Shown piece by piece: positions 61,330 through 64,000 of a DNA stretch of 64,000 nucleotides. Position 1 is the first letter of the stretch, and the number at the start of each line of letters is the position of its first letter. The DNA lies in the NCBI GenBank assembly GCA_013265495.1, contig MU057503.1, positions 124,001 through 188,000 on the forward strand, written 5' to 3'. The notes under the pieces were generated by a model. It made no database searches, was not told the DNA's origin, and worked only from the letters and a program-made list of their open reading frames with translations. This DNA is from Vicugna vicugna (lineage: Eukaryota). The position numbers were made by a program, and so were the translations under genes.

Positions 61330-62459
61330 TTAGTCATTTAAGTAATATTTCAGGAAGCAGAAGAATACAAAGAAAAATAGAACAAAATACCTGTGTACAC
61401 CTCTCAGTTTTAAAAAAATAAAACATTACAGATCTAGTTGAATCCCCCTGTATATGTTTTCCTAATCCCAACTCCTTCCCTGCCTCTTGAAATTGATTTT
61501 TTTATTCTCTTCACTTATACATTTAATATGTATGCATGGATCTATAAATATTAATATTTGTGGCATGCTTAAATTTTTTTCTATAGTTGCAGTGTGTGTG
61601 CATATCTATGCTATCTTAATACATTTATGTTATGTTAACATGTATCCTTTTGCAGCTGGTATTTTTTTGTTCAACATTGTAATTTTGAGATTTATCCATG
61701 TTAAAACATGTAGCTGTATTTTTCATTTCAATTTTTGTGTAATATTTCTTGGTAGGGATAATGGATATTAGGTCTTCCCCCCAATTTTCCATTTATAAGT
61801 TTATGCTGCAGTATATATTCTTAAGTTGTATTTTTGTAAATATGTGTAAGAATTTCTGTAGAGTAAAACTTAGAAAGGGCAATACATGATTCTGTGATAT
61901 GCACATCTTCATCTTTAATAGATACTGCCAAATTATTCTCCATAATGAGGATCCTAGCTTACACCCCACTTGGCAGTTTGAGTTCAGTTACTACACATCT
62001 TCTCCACACTTTGTATTATTGACACATGTACATGTGCTTGTGTGTTCATCAATTTCATGAGAATAATGTGGTATGGGGTTAATTTGTATTTTTCTCATTG
62101 CTAATGAGATTAAGCATCTTCTCATATATAGAGAGGTCATTCTGATTTTCCGTTCTGTGACTCGCCCTTTTTTTTCTTTTTTTAAAAAATTAATTTAAAA
62201 GAATTTTTCATGTATTCTAATCCTTTGTTGATTATAAGTAGTATAAATATCTTCCCTAACTTTTTTACTTGGTGCCTTTGTTGAATAGCTTTTCATTTTA
62301 ACCTCACAGTTTCATCAACCTTTACGTTTAAGATTTTGTGCTTTTTGTCTTAACTCTTCCTGTATTCTAAGGTAACAAGGATTTTCTCCTATATGTTTTT
62401 TGAAAATTATACTTTTGCATTCACATTTGTGTTTTTCATCCAACTACAATTTATTTTTG
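61330..62459 (-). mobile_element. Old L1 (L1ME-like) 3' region
   Basis: ttcaacattgtaattttgagatttatccatg; tagatactgccaaatt; ctaatgagattaagcatcttctcatat. Confidence 0.7.
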
Positions 62460-62461
62460 TA

Positions 62462-63171
62462 CAGTTTCTGCTGTAACACAGCATGTGTTCCTAAAAATCA
62501 CTGTGCTATATGCAAAATCATGCAATAAAAACCACAGGGCATATGGGAAAGATAGGATTGGGGCACAGCACTTTGAAAAATTTTTGTCAGTGACAGTTTT
62601 TTTAAAAAAGATGCTCAATAAAAATGGTAGCACAGTTTTACACATGTTAAATGTTTAAGAAATACATAAATACTCCAATAAATATCATATTTCCATTTTG
62701 AAAAAGACAAAGTTTGCTTGTGGAAGTGGGGATCAAAAGGGTTGCAGCTTGTGAATCTATTTTGAAGTCGTGGGAAGAAAGGTTATCTGAAATCTGCTAA
62801 GAAGTTTTAACAGCAGATGTGGAGAATGTGGCTCATAACACACGTGGTAAATGTAGGTAAACGTTTGAAATGCATGTTTTGTGTATGCCTCTGCTGCTCA
62901 GCATAGCTGGGTAGTTTCCCACATTTACCTAGTGTTTGTTTCAGAGTTAGGACTAGGGTGAAGCAAGCAAGGGACCTAGGGTGTTAAAATTTAAGGAAGC
63001 ACACTCCCTGTTAGGGTCCCTTGGCATCTCATTTGCCTCACCATAGTCCTTGCCCTGCTTGTGGATGAATTAGTGCTTAAGCATACACTGTATTTGCATT
63101 ATTGTTTCCTTATATATCAGTCATGTTTAACACATTCAGGTTTTTAAGAAGCTCTAAGTTAGAACTGACTG
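62462..63171. mobile_element. Tigger8-like TcMar-Tigger DNA transposon
   Basis: Termini cagtttctgctgtaac... and ...agaactgactg, with TA at the left flank. The internal sequence (gttcctaaaaatcac, gcaataaaaaccacagggc, ggtagcacagttttacacatgttaaatg) matches the recalled Tigger8 consensus. Confidence 0.8.
62942..63057. mobile_element. MER96-like palindromic hAT MITE, internally deleted, nested in the Tigger
   Basis: Inverted arms aggactagggtgaagcaag and tttgcctcaccatagtcct, with CAG...CTG termini. Confidence 0.75.
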
Positions 63172-63579
63172 CCCATGTAGGTAGAGCTCTAATTTTTTTC
63201 TGTGTGCACAGCCAGATCTTTCTCCACTGGTTTGTAATGATGCTTTTAGCATATAAGGTGGTTCTTACTTCTTTATGCTATTTTCATTGGTCCTTTTGCT
63301 TCTCCCTATGCTAATATCGCATTTTCTTAAGCACACGTCTGGCACTAACTTTGTAACCATGGGAAGTGAATTTCTGTGTGCCTATGAAATTATAATAGTG
63401 CCTGCCTCATTGATTAGTTAAGTAAATGAGCCAATATATTAAAGTGCTTAGAAGTATGTGCCTGGCCCAAGAGTAAAGTTCAAGTGCTATTTTGTTATTA
63501 AAAGTAATTCATGTAACAACTTAATAAAGAGTCTTGATATGTAGTAGACTGAGATTGCCATCTTGTTTTTCCTTTTCCA

Positions 63580-64000
63580 AACTGAGAGTAAATGGGGAAA
63601 AGCTTATGAAAGGATTCCCTGAGAAAGTGACATTTAGACTATCTGAAAGATGGTAGGAGTTAACTAGGTTTTGAGAGCATAGCAGAATATTTGAAGCAGA
63701 AGGAACTATAAGGTAGAAAATAGTGTATCCAAGAACTAGATCTCAGCATAAAGAAAAATGGTACTGGAGACTAGAGAGGTAGGTAGGAGCAGATCATATC
63801 ATGCAGGACCTGTTAGGCAATGTTAAAGGTTTTACACTTCATCTTAAAGTCAGTTACAACCGTTTGGTATTGGTGCAGGCATAGGTGTAACTACTCAAAA
63901 AAGAAGCTCAGGAGCTAAAGTTGGGCCCATCTGAACCCTAATAGATAACAAAGATTGAGAGTGCAGTTGAGACTATGTAATGAATTCAGGTCCTTGTTCA
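63580..64000 (-). mobile_element. L2 remnant
   Basis: ccctgagaaagtgacatttagac...tgaaagatggtaggagttaactagg...gttaaaggtttt. Confidence 0.65.

Larger units (their letters stand above)
46859..64000 (+). other. USP15: USP15 intron 1 (partial)
   Basis: Begins with GT. I saw no sequence encoding the next residues (YLVDSRWFKQWKKY) up to 64000. The region is AT-rich and filled with repeats. Confidence 0.88.

Noticed and set aside
1..64000. CRISPR arrays, operons, prokaryotic defence systems or any new multi-gene system
   Set aside because: The DNA is mammalian, with no regularly spaced repeat-spacer array and no long ORFs. The structure is explained by one host exon plus transposable elements.

Overview
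Mammalian genomic DNA, AT-rich and dominated by transposable elements. It is most likely camelid, because it carries tRNA-Ala-derived vic-1-like SINEs. The only host coding sequence I can support is exon 1 of USP15 (+ strand, ATG at 46770, GT donor at 46859), which lies in a CpG-island promoter. Everything downstream is USP15 intron 1, and exon 2 is not in the window. By human synteny (recalled, not shown here), the upstream 46 kb is the TAFA2/FAM19A2-USP15 interval. It contains a two-LTR non-coding ERV1-type provirus with a tRNA-Arg PBS, decayed ERVL pol with LTR16-like LTRs, two MaLR proviruses, many L1/L2/MIR/CR1 fragments, and several clean nested insertions with target-site duplications (TSDs). 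Almost all ORFs in the supplied track are spurious or TE-derived. I found no evidence of a new multi-gene biological system. The best leads are small retrotransposition events: a young L1 with a 31-nt 3' transduction, an orphan 229-bp retroposed poly(A) fragment, a 316-bp solo LTR with an octamer-CCAAT-TATA-like cassette, and a MaLR with discordant LTRs. There is also a GC-rich hairpin and an overlapping uORF around the USP15 start codon. Repeat family names come from recalled consensus sequences and need RepeatMasker/Dfam confirmation. Repeat boundaries without TSDs are approximate.
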